The notes beneath the pieces were generated by a model. It saw only the letters and a program-made list of their open reading frames with translations, made no database searches and was not told the origin of the DNA. Shown piece by piece: positions 33,582 through 42,161 of a DNA stretch of 43,254 nucleotides. A program made the position numbers and the translations under genes. How positions within the stretch are numbered: position 1 is the first letter of the stretch; each line of letters starts with the position of its first letter. This stretch comes from an uncultured Clostridia bacterium (GTDB lineage Bacteria > Bacillota > Clostridia > Christensenellales > Pumilibacteraceae): NCBI GenBank assembly GCA_934247335.1, contig CAKQJJ010000001.1:1-43254 (forward strand), written 5' to 3'.

Positions 33582-33920
33582 CTGATTTTACGTAATTTCC
33601 TGAATAAATATTCATTTTTTACGTAATCACGCGAAATCGACCGATTTTCGGGGCTTTTTACCCTAATAAATACTACTATATCGATAAAAAACCGATTATT
33701 TCACTGCGATTTCACTTTTCATTTAATGTTTTTGCACTTTCGGATAAACATTTGTAGTATTTTCGCTCCGCTTTGAACACTTTTCCGAAAGCGTATTCTT
33801 ATAATTCCGCGCCGTTTGTATGTTTTATGCATAAAAGTCGGTTTTTGTGAATACGGTATAAATTCCGTTGCCGAAAGCTAACCGTTACAAACCTGCGCCG
33901 CGCTTTTTTCGCGTTACCTT

Positions 33921-33959
33921 AAAAATACGCAAAAAGCCCCATCGCTAAGCGATAAGGCT
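33921..33959 (-). terminator. intrinsic terminator after pckA
   Basis: RNA AGCCUUAUCGC-uua-GCGAUGGGGCU (11 bp, two G-U pairs) followed by UUUUGCGUAUUUUU. It starts about 40 nt after the pckA stop. Confidence 0.8.
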
Positions 33960-34000
33960 TTTGTTTTCAAAGTGCGTATATTGCGCCGCCGCGTGAATTA

Positions 34001-35611
34001 TTATTTGCGGGGACCTGCCGAAACGAGCGCCTTGCCGGCTTCGTTTCCTTCGTACTTGGCAAAGTTTTTGATAAATCTGCCTGCGAGGTCTTCTGCCTTC
34101 TTCTCCCATTCGCCTGCGGTTTTGTAGGTGTCGCGGGGATCGAGGATAGCGCTGTCCACTCCGGGAAGAGCGGTAGGAACTTCAAAGTTGAAGTACGGGA
34201 TGGTCTTGGTGGGTGCGGATTCGATTGCGCCGCTGAGGATAGCGTCGATGATGCCGCGGGTATCTTTAATGGAGATACGCTTTCCGGTTCCGTTCCATCC
34301 GGTGTTGACGAGGTATGCCTTTGCGCCGCTTGCTTTCATCTTCTTTACGAGCTCTGCGGCGTACTTGGTGGGATGCAGTTCGAGGAACGCCTGACCGAAG
34401 CAAGCCGAGAAAGTCGGGGTGGGTTCGGTTATTCCGCGTTCGGTGCCGGCAAGCTTAGCGGTGAAGCCGGACAGGAAGTAGTACTGAGTCTGTTCGGGCG
34501 TCAGGATGGACACGGGAGGCAGAACTCCGAATGCGTCTGCGGAAAGGAAGATGACGTTCTTTGCCGCGGGAGCTGCGGAAACCGGGCGAACGATATTCTG
34601 AATATGGTTGATAGGATAGGAAACGCGGGTGTTTTCGGTTACGCTCTTGTCTGCGAAATCGATTTTGCCGTCCTTATCCAGAGTGACGTTTTCAAGCAAA
34701 GCGTTGCGCTTGATTGCGTTGTAAATATCGGGTTCGGATTCCTTGTCGAGGTTGATGACCTTTGCGTAGCAGCCGCCCTCGAAGTTGAACACGCCGTTGT
34801 CGTCCCAGCCGTGCTCGTCGTCGCCGATGAGCAGGCGCTTGGGATCGGTGGAAAGAGTGGTTTTGCCGGTTCCGCTCAGTCCGAAGAATATAGCGGTGTT
34901 CTTTCCTTCCATATCGGTGTTTGCGGAGCAGTGCATGGAAGCGATGCCCTTAAGCGGCAGATAGTAGTTCATCATGGAGAACATACCCTTCTTCATTTCT
35001 CCGCCGTACCAGGTGTTTACGATAACCTGTTCGCGGCTGGTGATGTTGAACATAACTGCGGTTTCGCTGTTAAGACCCAGTTCCTTGTAGTTTTCCACTT
35101 TAGCCTTGGAAGCGTTGTAAACCACGAAGTCGGGCTTGAAGTCTTTAAGTTCTTCTTCGGTGGGCTTAATGAACATGTTGGTAACGAAATGAGCCTGCCA
35201 TGCGACTTCCATGATGAAACGGATAGCCATGCGAGTGTCTTTGTTTGCGCCGCAGAATGCGTCTACGACGAACAGGCGCTTGTTGGAAAGCTCTTTCTTT
35301 GCGATGTCCTTAACTGCCTTCCACGCTTCCTGAGTTGCGGGATGGTTGTCGTTTTTATATTCGTCCGAAGTCCACCAGACGGTGTCCTTGGAATTTTCGT
35401 CCATAACGATGAACTTGTCTTTGGGCGAACGTCCGGTGTAAATACCGGTCATGACGTTGACAGCGCCGAGTTCGCTTACCTGACCCTTCTCGTAACCTTC
35501 GAGTCCGGGTTTGGTTTCTTCCTCGAACAAAAGTTCGTACGAAGGATTATAGACGATTTCGGTGGTTCCGGTAATACCGTATTGAGTAAGATCGATTTTC
35601 TTCATAATCAC
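34001..35611 (-). CDS. pckA: phosphoenolpyruvate carboxykinase (ATP)
   Basis: 536 aa. [14 protein letters not shown], the kinase-1a loop [13 protein letters not shown] and LIGDDEHGW are diagnostic of ATP-dependent PckA. RBS AGAGGTG. Confidence 0.93.
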   Translation of the reverse strand: MIMKKIDLTQYGITGTTEIVYNPSYELLFEEETKPGLEGYEKGQVSELGAVNVMTGIYTGRSPKDKFIVMDENSKDTVWWTSDEYKNDNHPATQEAWKAVKDIAKKELSNKRLFVVDAFCGANKDTRMAIRFIMEVAWQAHFVTNMFIKPTEEELKDFKPDFVVYNASKAKVENYKELGLNSETAVMFNITSREQVIVNTWYGGEMKKGMFSMMNYYLPLKGIASMHCSANTDMEGKNTAIFFGLSGTGKTTLSTDPKRLLIGDDEHGWDDNGVFNFEGGCYAKVINLDKESEPDIYNAIKRNALLENVTLDKDGKIDFADKSVTENTRVSYPINHIQNIVRPVSAAPAAKNVIFLSADAFGVLPPVSILTPEQTQYYFLSGFTAKLAGTERGITEPTPTFSACFGQAFLELHPTKYAAELVKKMKASGAKAYLVNTGWNGTGKRISIKDTRGIIDAILSGAIESAPTKTIPYFNFEVPTALPGVDSAILDPRDTYKTAGEWEKKAEDLAGRFIKNFAKYEGNEAGKALVSAGPRK

Positions 35612-35834
35612 ACCTCTTAAATGTTATTTGCAGTTTGTTTTGCCTTTATCCGGCAAACGCCCGGGAAACAAACGATTTTCCCGACCATACATATTATATA
35701 ACATATTCCGACAAAAACAAAGCAAATTGCGCACGAATTTTAAATTTTTATCTTATTTTCACCTATCGGCGAGGTAGGATATCCGATTGATATGCCGGCA
35801 TATCCCTGGTAATATGCCGCTCGCGCCGAAAGGC

Positions 35835-35880
35835 ATAAAAAACGCGGCGATCCGCACCCGTGTGAGCGCAAACGCCGCAT
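35835..35880 (-). terminator. intrinsic terminator after aspA
   Basis: RNA GCGGCG...(23-nt irregular inner helix)...CGCCGC followed by G-U6. Confidence 0.6.
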
Positions 35881-35892
35881 TAAAATCGATGA

Positions 35893-37293
35893 TCAGTCTT
35901 CCTGTTTGTCCGGTCCGGTCATGGTGAACGGATCGAGTATTTTATCAAGTTGTTCGTCGGGCAGAAGTTTCTGTTCGCGCACGAGATCCTTAATCTTTCT
36001 ATTCTTTTTAAGAGCTTCCTTCGCAAGTTCCGCCGACTTTTTGTAGCCGAGATAGGGGCTGAGCGCCGTAACCGTACCCACGCTTTCGTACAGCAGTTCT
36101 TCGCAACGTGCTCTGTTGGACTGAATGCCTTCGATACAGTTGACGGTAAGCGTTTTTACAGCGTTTTTCATGCAGGTCAGCGACTCGAACAGTTTGTAGA
36201 AAACCACCGGCTCGAAAGCGTTGAGTTCGAGCTGTCCGGCTTCGGCGGCAAGCGTAATCGTGGTATCGTTGCCGATAACCGCGAAAGCAACCTGAGTTGC
36301 CACTTCGGGAATGACGGGGTTTACTTTGCCCGGCATAATGGACGAGCCGTTCTGCATTGCGGGCAGAATAATTTCTTCCAGTCCGGTTTTGGGTCCGCTT
36401 GAAAGCAGGCGCAAATCGTTGCACATCTTTGAAAGCGACACGGCAAGCGTTTTGAGCGCGCCCGAAACGAACACGAAGCCGTCCAGGTTCTGCGTGGCGT
36501 CGATGAGATTTTCCGCCTGATTAAGGTCGTAACCCGTGATTTCGGCAAGCTCGGGAACTATGTTTTTAAGATACTCCTTTTTGACGTTGATTGCCGTTCC
36601 TATCGCCGTTCCGCCCAGATTGAGCGAATGCATTTCCGCTTCCGCCTTGTCGATAAGGCGCATGCAACGGCGAATACACGACGAATACGCGGCAAATTCC
36701 TGACCGAGACGAATGGGCACGGCGTCTTCGAGCTGAGTTCTTCCCATCTTGATAATGCCGTCGAATTCCTTTGCCTTTGCGTCGAGAGCAGAAATAAGCC
36801 CCTCTACGTTCTTTTTAAGTTCGGCGCACATTTCTATTACGGTAAGCTTGCCCGCCGTGGGAATTACGTCGTTAGTGGACTGCGAGCAGTTTACGTGGTC
36901 GTTGGGGTGGCAGATATACTCGCCTTTCTTGCCGCCGAAAAGCTCGGTTGCGCGATTTGCGATTACCTCGTTGACGTTCATGTTTGCGGTGGTACCCGCT
37001 CCGCCCTGAATAGCGTCGGTGATAAAGCCCGAATCCAGCTTGCCTTCGAGCGCTTCGTCGCACGCGGCGACTATGGCGTCGGAAGTTTTTTTATCGAGAA
37101 GTCCCGCTTTGAAGTTTATAATGGCGGCAGCCTTCTTGATCTTTACTATATTCATTATGAACGAGTGATTTATGGGTATTCCGGTAATATAAAAGTTGCG
37201 GTAGCCGCGCAGGGTCTGAACGCCGTAGTACGCGTCGCCGGGTATTTCCAGAGTGCCTATAGAATCGCTTTCAAATCTTTTTTCGTCTGTCAT
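35893..37293 (-). CDS. aspA: aspartate ammonia-lyase (class II fumarase/aspartase family)
   Basis: 466 aa. The family signature GSSIMPGKVNP is present. The N-terminal IPGDAYYGVQTLRGYRNFYITG is closer to aspartases than to FumC (which has YWGAQTQRS). The aspartase-versus-fumarase choice is my judgement. Confidence 0.8.
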   Translation of the reverse strand: MTDEKRFESDSIGTLEIPGDAYYGVQTLRGYRNFYITGIPINHSFIMNIVKIKKAAAIINFKAGLLDKKTSDAIVAACDEALEGKLDSGFITDAIQGGAGTTANMNVNEVIANRATELFGGKKGEYICHPNDHVNCSQSTNDVIPTAGKLTVIEMCAELKKNVEGLISALDAKAKEFDGIIKMGRTQLEDAVPIRLGQEFAAYSSCIRRCMRLIDKAEAEMHSLNLGGTAIGTAINVKKEYLKNIVPELAEITGYDLNQAENLIDATQNLDGFVFVSGALKTLAVSLSKMCNDLRLLSSGPKTGLEEIILPAMQNGSSIMPGKVNPVIPEVATQVAFAVIGNDTTITLAAEAGQLELNAFEPVVFYKLFESLTCMKNAVKTLTVNCIEGIQSNRARCEELLYESVGTVTALSPYLGYKKSAELAKEALKKNRKIKDLVREQKLLPDEQLDKILDPFTMTGPDKQED

Positions 37294-37321
37294 AAGTATA
37301 ACTCCGTTGAATTTCGCTATT

Positions 37322-37350
37322 ATTTTAGCGTTTTACGCCTTTTAAGTCAA
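37322..37350 (-). promoter_or_regulatory. sigma-A type promoter of aspA
   Basis: The reverse strand reads TTGACT taaaaggcgtaaaacgc TAAAAT: -35 at 37345-37350, a 17-nt spacer, -10 at 37322-37327. Confidence 0.7.
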
Positions 37351-37462
37351 CCGTTTTGCACGGCAAGCGCGAAATTTCTTTGCACATTATTTGCGCAAAA
37401 GCAATAACTTATCTGGCGCTTTCCCTCACGTTATACGATATGCGGCAGCACATTCGCCGCGC

Positions 37463-39993
37463 TCACTCGGTTTTTATAACAATGCTGCGTCCGATATTGG
37501 CAAGCGGGAAGCTCAGCGTGCCTTTTTCAAAGGCAAAACTCGATCGTTTTCCGTCAATTGCAAGCGACTTTACGGCTTTTACGAACGGCAGTTTTATTTT
37601 TTCGAGCGAAATCTTTCCGAAAATTATCGCGATTTTTATATCGCCGTTTTTCTTTCTCTCGAACGTGCCGTACGCTCCGCCCGCGCTCCACGGGCAGCGG
37701 AACGCGCCGCATTCTACGGGATTAAAGCCAATCGTTTTGTGCGGAATGTCGAAATAAAAGCCCGAAGTTACGGGAATAAGCGACCAGCTTGACATGCTGC
37801 GCGCGTAGTTGCTGCCGCATTCTATTTCGCCAAACGGATTGCGGTTTGCTCCGTCGTAGCGACCGCGCACCGACTGCACGATTTTTTACTTTCTTCGTTC
37901 ATGCCGTAAAGCGACAAAAGCGCGGCAAACTCGTACTCGAACCCGGTCATGCACTCTTCGCAGTACGGAAGCGGCACGGCGGGCTTGGTCTTCTCGTCGG
38001 GATAAGCGCACATAATCGTGCCTGCCTCGTCGTTTAACGCAAACACTCGCCACGGATTGACGAAATTGCGCACGGAAGGCTTGTAATTGTATTTCAGCAT
38101 GGACAAAAGAGCGGTTTTGGCTTTTTCGGGGTCGAATATTTCGCCCAAGCCTATCAAAGCGGCGTGCCACTGCGCGCAAAGCTGGTCTATTTCGCAGCCG
38201 TCGCCTATCTGATATTTGATTTCGCCCGCCTCGTCGTTGTAATACGCGTCCGAACATCCGAATTTATCGGTTACAGACTTGTCTACCAGATTTATTTTCT
38301 GCACGAAATATTCGCCGCCGAACAATTGCTCGTTTAAAAACTTTTTACCGTTTTCAAAAAGCGCGTCATATTTGTCGCGCGCCGTCTCGTCGCCGAGATA
38401 GTCCGCGATTTCCGCTCCCGCTTTAAGCGCAAGCAGATAAAAGCCCTGCAACCACGAATTTGCGCCGAACAGCTCCATGTCCAGCGTGTGGTGTTGCCTG
38501 CCCGAAATTATGCCCTCGCCCTTTTTGTCCCACAAATCGGGGTTTTCGGGCGAAGCGGCAAAGGCGAGCATCTTTTTAACCGAATCCCACTTGCCTTTAA
38601 GCCATTGGTCGTCGCCGGACAACTTCCATTCGCGGTAAATTTTGGCAATCGTGCCCATATGTCCGTCCACGCACGGGCGGAAATCCCACGGATTGCGACT
38701 AAGAGGCAGCTTGATACGAAAAGCTGTGCCGCCGTTTTCTCTCAGGCAGTATTTTATTTCGAGGTCGCGAATCGAACGTTCGAGATCGGGAAAGAGAAAA
38801 CAAAGCGCATAGGCGTAATTCCACACGTGCTGACAAGTTCCCTCGCACGAGCCCGCCTGTTCGAGCGAGCCTTCCCATCCGTAAAATTCGCCGCCTTCCA
38901 GCCGCATTACGACCGGACTGTGCAGCACGGCAAGATTGCTCAGCGCCGCGTCCTTGAAAGATTCGCAAAGCGACGAGCGCGTAACCGAACGCACGAACTT
39001 TTCGGTTTTTTCTTTAAGTTCCGCGAAGTTTTTCAGGCAATAACTTGCGACTTCTTCCGAAGAGGCAAAAAGCGTTGCGTAGTAGTTTTTCCAGGTTACG
39101 TATCTGCCGTTTTCGTCGCGCACGTCTTCCCAGTAATTTCCACGATTGGGGCTGAACCACGATAAAACGAACCTTATTTTCTTCTTTTCGTACGGATTAA
39201 CGGCGATTTTGCCGCACACCGAGCAGCAGTCGTTGCTGCCGGAAACCTCGTAATTTCTGTCCGCAAGGCTGTCGTTTTGGCTGAATTCGCGGAAAAAAGT
39301 GACTATTCCGTCCTGCCAGCCGCCACGGTACCAATATTTCTGCACGCAGGCGTTTTCGCAGTCGGTCACGACCGAAAGATTGCCGTAATCGGGCGCTTGC
39401 GTATCCGAAGAAGCGGCGTTACCAAGCAAAACTCCCGGATATTTCCCCGAAACGCGCTCGTTTTTGGACGAAGAATACGGATTTCGCACCGAGAATGCGG
39501 ACGTAAACTCTACCTCGTCGCCCGTATCGTTTTCGTATTCTATTTCAAAAAACGCCGCGGGCAGCCCCGAATTATACGAGTCGTAGGGAATAAGCGGATT
39601 AAACGCCGTAAGTGTTATTCTGCCGGGAAAATCGGGGTCGGAAAATTTCAGCTCCGCAATCGGGAAATTGCCGCCGAAAGTCACGTTTTTGAAGTGCGGA
39701 AAGCCCGCCATGGTTTCGGCAGGCGCACCGAAGCCGTAACCCGCGTACGGAATACGTCGATATTCGCCCATAAAACTGCCGTCGTAGTCGCCTTGCAGCA
39801 CTTTGACGAAGGTTTTATCGCCCTTTTTCGCCTTTACGGCAAAATGAGTGTAGCCGTTGTAGCCGCCCTTGTCCGGTCTGTCAAAAATCTCGAAGTCGCA
39901 CAGTCTGCCGTTGCCGCAGATATTGATGCAGCCCGTGCCTATTCCGCCCAGCGGAAACTTTATTTCGCGAAGGTTTTTGCCCTTGTATTTCAT
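37463..39993 (-). pseudogene. GH116 (GBA2-type) beta-glycosidase interrupted by a 1-nt frameshift
   Basis: The 723-aa ORF (37822-39993) starts with the GH116 N-domain hallmark FPLGGIGTGCINICGNGRLCDFEIFDRPDKG. The 138-aa ORF (37463-37879) carries the conserved continuation VRGRYDGANRNPFGEIECGSNYARSMSSW. The two frames join at AGT AAA AAA (T6 on the plus strand, 37882-37887). One extra A would restore a protein of about 843 aa. Confidence 0.8.
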
Positions 39994-40045
39994 ACTTTTC
40001 TCCCGTCGGTTTGTTTAGACGCCCGTGCGGCGCTCGTCAAGCTAA

Positions 40046-40074
40046 ATTATAAACCAAAAAGCAGCAAATATCAA
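40046..40074 (-). promoter_or_regulatory. sigma-A type promoter of the GH116 gene
   Basis: The reverse strand reads TTGATA tttgctgctttttggtt TATAAT: -35 at 40069-40074, a 17-nt spacer, -10 at 40046-40051. Confidence 0.7.
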
Positions 40075-40268
40075 TCGTTTTTAGTAGGCTTTTTTAGCCG
40101 CGCGGTAGGTTTTTCGCACGAAAACTCATCGTCCGGCTTTTCTTAACGAAAATTTGAAAGCGCTCGGCAAATCCTTCTCGATTTATACGTAAAAAAGCCC
40201 GAACGTGAACTTTTTTGCTCCCGTCGGACTTTTTGTGACTGAACCGTTCCTGATAAACGGCATGCGTT

Positions 40269-41705
40269 TTATATTTCTTTAATCAGTATACAACTGTTTC
40301 TGTGCATGGTAAACGACAAATCGCTCGTCGTGTTTACGAGTTCGCCGTCGTGATCGTCGTCCAGCAGATATATCTCGTATTTTCCGCTTTTGCCGAAATC
40401 GACCGTAACGTTCTTATCTCCTGCGCTGTCGTCGTCGGTGTAATAGGTAATCACGGTTAAACTCTTTCCGTCGTTATCCACGCCGCACAACGTATAGACG
40501 TTTTCGGGACGAGAAGTGCATTTCACCTCGTGGTCCATATCGTAAAACATTCCGTACCAATACAGCGGATAATAGCCTTTTAGCGGCTCGTAGGAATAGT
40601 AGTCGAATGCGCCGCAGAAAGCAGACGGACGCGTATCGTAATACATGAGCATGTCGATAGAACTTTTCTGAGCCTCGGACATGCACGCCATGGTAAACGC
40701 CGCGCCTTTCATTCCGTGAATGGATTTAAGCGAATAGACGTAATCCTGCGTCCAGCCTTTTACGTAATTCCATTCGTTGAGAATGCTCTCCGCATTGGCG
40801 TATCCGTAAGTGGTAAGCAATTTTTTGATGCGCTCGCCCTTTTCGATCAGAAACTTTGGCTCGGTGCAGTAAATATGCCAGGAAAAGAAGTCGATTTCCA
40901 CTTTTCTGACTTTCATCGTGATTAAAAAATCTTCAGCCCACTGCTCGTTTCCGGCAAGCGCAGGACCGCCGATTTTAAGGTTCGGGAAACGTTTTTTAAG
41001 ATGCTTTGCGGCGGTTTCGTAAAAATCGTAGAACTGCGCTCTGGTGCCACCCCATGTGCGTTTGTTGGTGCTGTCGTCGCCGTCGAGATCGGGCTCGTTC
41101 CATATTTCCCAGTATTGTATGTTAAGTTCGTATCCGTCCGCCCAGCCGTAATTGTAGTGAAGAATTATATGCTCGCAGATTTCCGCCCATTTCTGAAAAT
41201 CTTTCGGCGGCAGCGTATTGTGCTTTTTGATCTGATGCTCTATCGACTGACCGAGGCGGAAAAAGGTTTCGGTGCCGGCGTCCAGCGTTGCCAGAATCGA
41301 TTCGTCCGTGCATGCGAAATCGTACGAAGCGGGGTCGTTTACGTCCGCGTCGAAATTGGGAAAAATCGCGGAGATATCGTGCGCGTAGGGTCCGCCGTAA
41401 GTCGAACCGGACAAATTGGAGTCGTGATTGCGCGAATACGGTATACGCGCCGCCTTATACGCCTCGAAATTGCTTCGGTATTGGTCGGTAGTGTGACGCT
41501 TGTACCACGGTCCGCCGTTGGTTGCGTTCATAATCTTGAATTTTCCGCTATTTTCGTTTAAGTCGAATTTTATAGTTTCCATAACACTATCCTCAACGTT
41601 TTCCTTTTGGCAAGCCGCGAAAGGCGAGCAAGCCACGCTCATGACAAACAAAGACAACAAGGCGATCAGTAACTTCGATGCTTTCTTGTTTGCTTGATTT
41701 TTCAT
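40269..41705 (-). CDS. secreted/lipoprotein glycoside hydrolase, clan GH-A (GH39-like)
   Basis: 478 aa. Signal peptide with PFAAC lipobox (Cys32). YWEIWNEPD (acid/base NEP motif) and ILNEWN (candidate nucleophile) fit a (beta/alpha)8 clan GH-A enzyme. The GH39 assignment is tentative. Confidence 0.6.
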   Translation of the reverse strand: MKNQANKKASKLLIALLSLFVMSVACSPFAACQKENVEDSVMETIKFDLNENSGKFKIMNATNGGPWYKRHTTDQYRSNFEAYKAARIPYSRNHDSNLSGSTYGGPYAHDISAIFPNFDADVNDPASYDFACTDESILATLDAGTETFFRLGQSIEHQIKKHNTLPPKDFQKWAEICEHIILHYNYGWADGYELNIQYWEIWNEPDLDGDDSTNKRTWGGTRAQFYDFYETAAKHLKKRFPNLKIGGPALAGNEQWAEDFLITMKVRKVEIDFFSWHIYCTEPKFLIEKGERIKKLLTTYGYANAESILNEWNYVKGWTQDYVYSLKSIHGMKGAAFTMACMSEAQKSSIDMLMYYDTRPSAFCGAFDYYSYEPLKGYYPLYWYGMFYDMDHEVKCTSRPENVYTLCGVDNDGKSLTVITYYTDDDSAGDKNVTVDFGKSGKYEIYLLDDDHDGELVNTTSDLSFTMHRNSCILIKEI

Positions 41706-41770
41706 TAATTTACTCCTTACAAATTTTTTTCAAATGCGTATAACTGTTACTATCCGCATTTACATATCAA

Positions 41771-41779
41771 ATTATAGCA
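41771..41779 (-). promoter_or_regulatory. extended -10 element upstream of the GH-A glycosidase gene
   Basis: The reverse strand reads TGcTATAAT. The -35 region (TGTCGG) is poor, so this call depends on the extended -10 alone. Confidence 0.45.
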
Positions 41780-41863
41780 TAGAATAAAGAAAACCGACAC
41801 CGAAATTCAATCAGAAAGTATTCATTTTAAATCATTCGCGCACTCGCCGCAATCGGCGTTAAC

Positions 41864-41893
41864 AAAAAAGCAGGGCTTAGTAAAGTCCTGCCT
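41864..41893 (-). terminator. intrinsic terminator after the feo operon
   Basis: RNA GCAGG-acuuuacuaagc-CCUGC followed by U6. The stem is short but GC-rich. Confidence 0.55.
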
Positions 41894-41936
41894 CTTTGTT
41901 TTGAGAGTTTATATTATTTGCAACGAATTGTCTTGA

Positions 41937-42161
41937 TTATTTTTTAGGAGTGGGCTTGTGGCAACAGCCGCTGCAATGCTCGCAGCAACCGTCGCAGCCG
42001 ATGCTCGGCTTACCCTTTTTCTTCCGCACTATCGAAACGACGACGAAAGATATTACTATTGCGGCGCAGGCGATTATAAGCAGTATTTCCCACACGCCGA
42101 GCTTATTGTTTGCCGCCGCGACGAGAGCGTTTATAGTACTTATAAAGCCGACCGAAATCAT
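41937..42161 (-). CDS. FeoB-associated Cys-rich small membrane protein
   Basis: 74 aa. One TM helix (WEILLIIACAAIVISFVVVSIV) followed by GCDGCCEHCSGCCH. Its ATG overlaps the feoB stop (ATGA). A shorter internal start cannot be excluded. Confidence 0.75.
   Translation of the reverse strand: MISVGFISTINALVAAANNKLGVWEILLIIACAAIVISFVVVSIVRKKKGKPSIGCDGCCEHCSGCCHKPTPKK

Noticed and set aside
33719-33832. A 37-aa highly basic minus-strand ORF (MHKTYKRRGIIRIRFRKSVQSGAKILQMFIRKCKNIK) in the 610-bp spacer.
   Set aside because: It has no RBS. It uses ATA x3, CTA, AGA and CGA, which clashes with the codon usage of every real gene here. It lies upstream of the best promoter.
40001-40232. A 10-nt repeat CTCCCGTCGG (plus strand) at about 40007-40016 and about 40222-40231, flanking the GH116 upstream region.
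   Set aside because: The first copy is simply the GH116 RBS region (GACGGGAG on the reverse strand). The second lies in the loop region of the upstream gene's terminator-like hairpin. The repeat is too short and has no target-site-duplication context.
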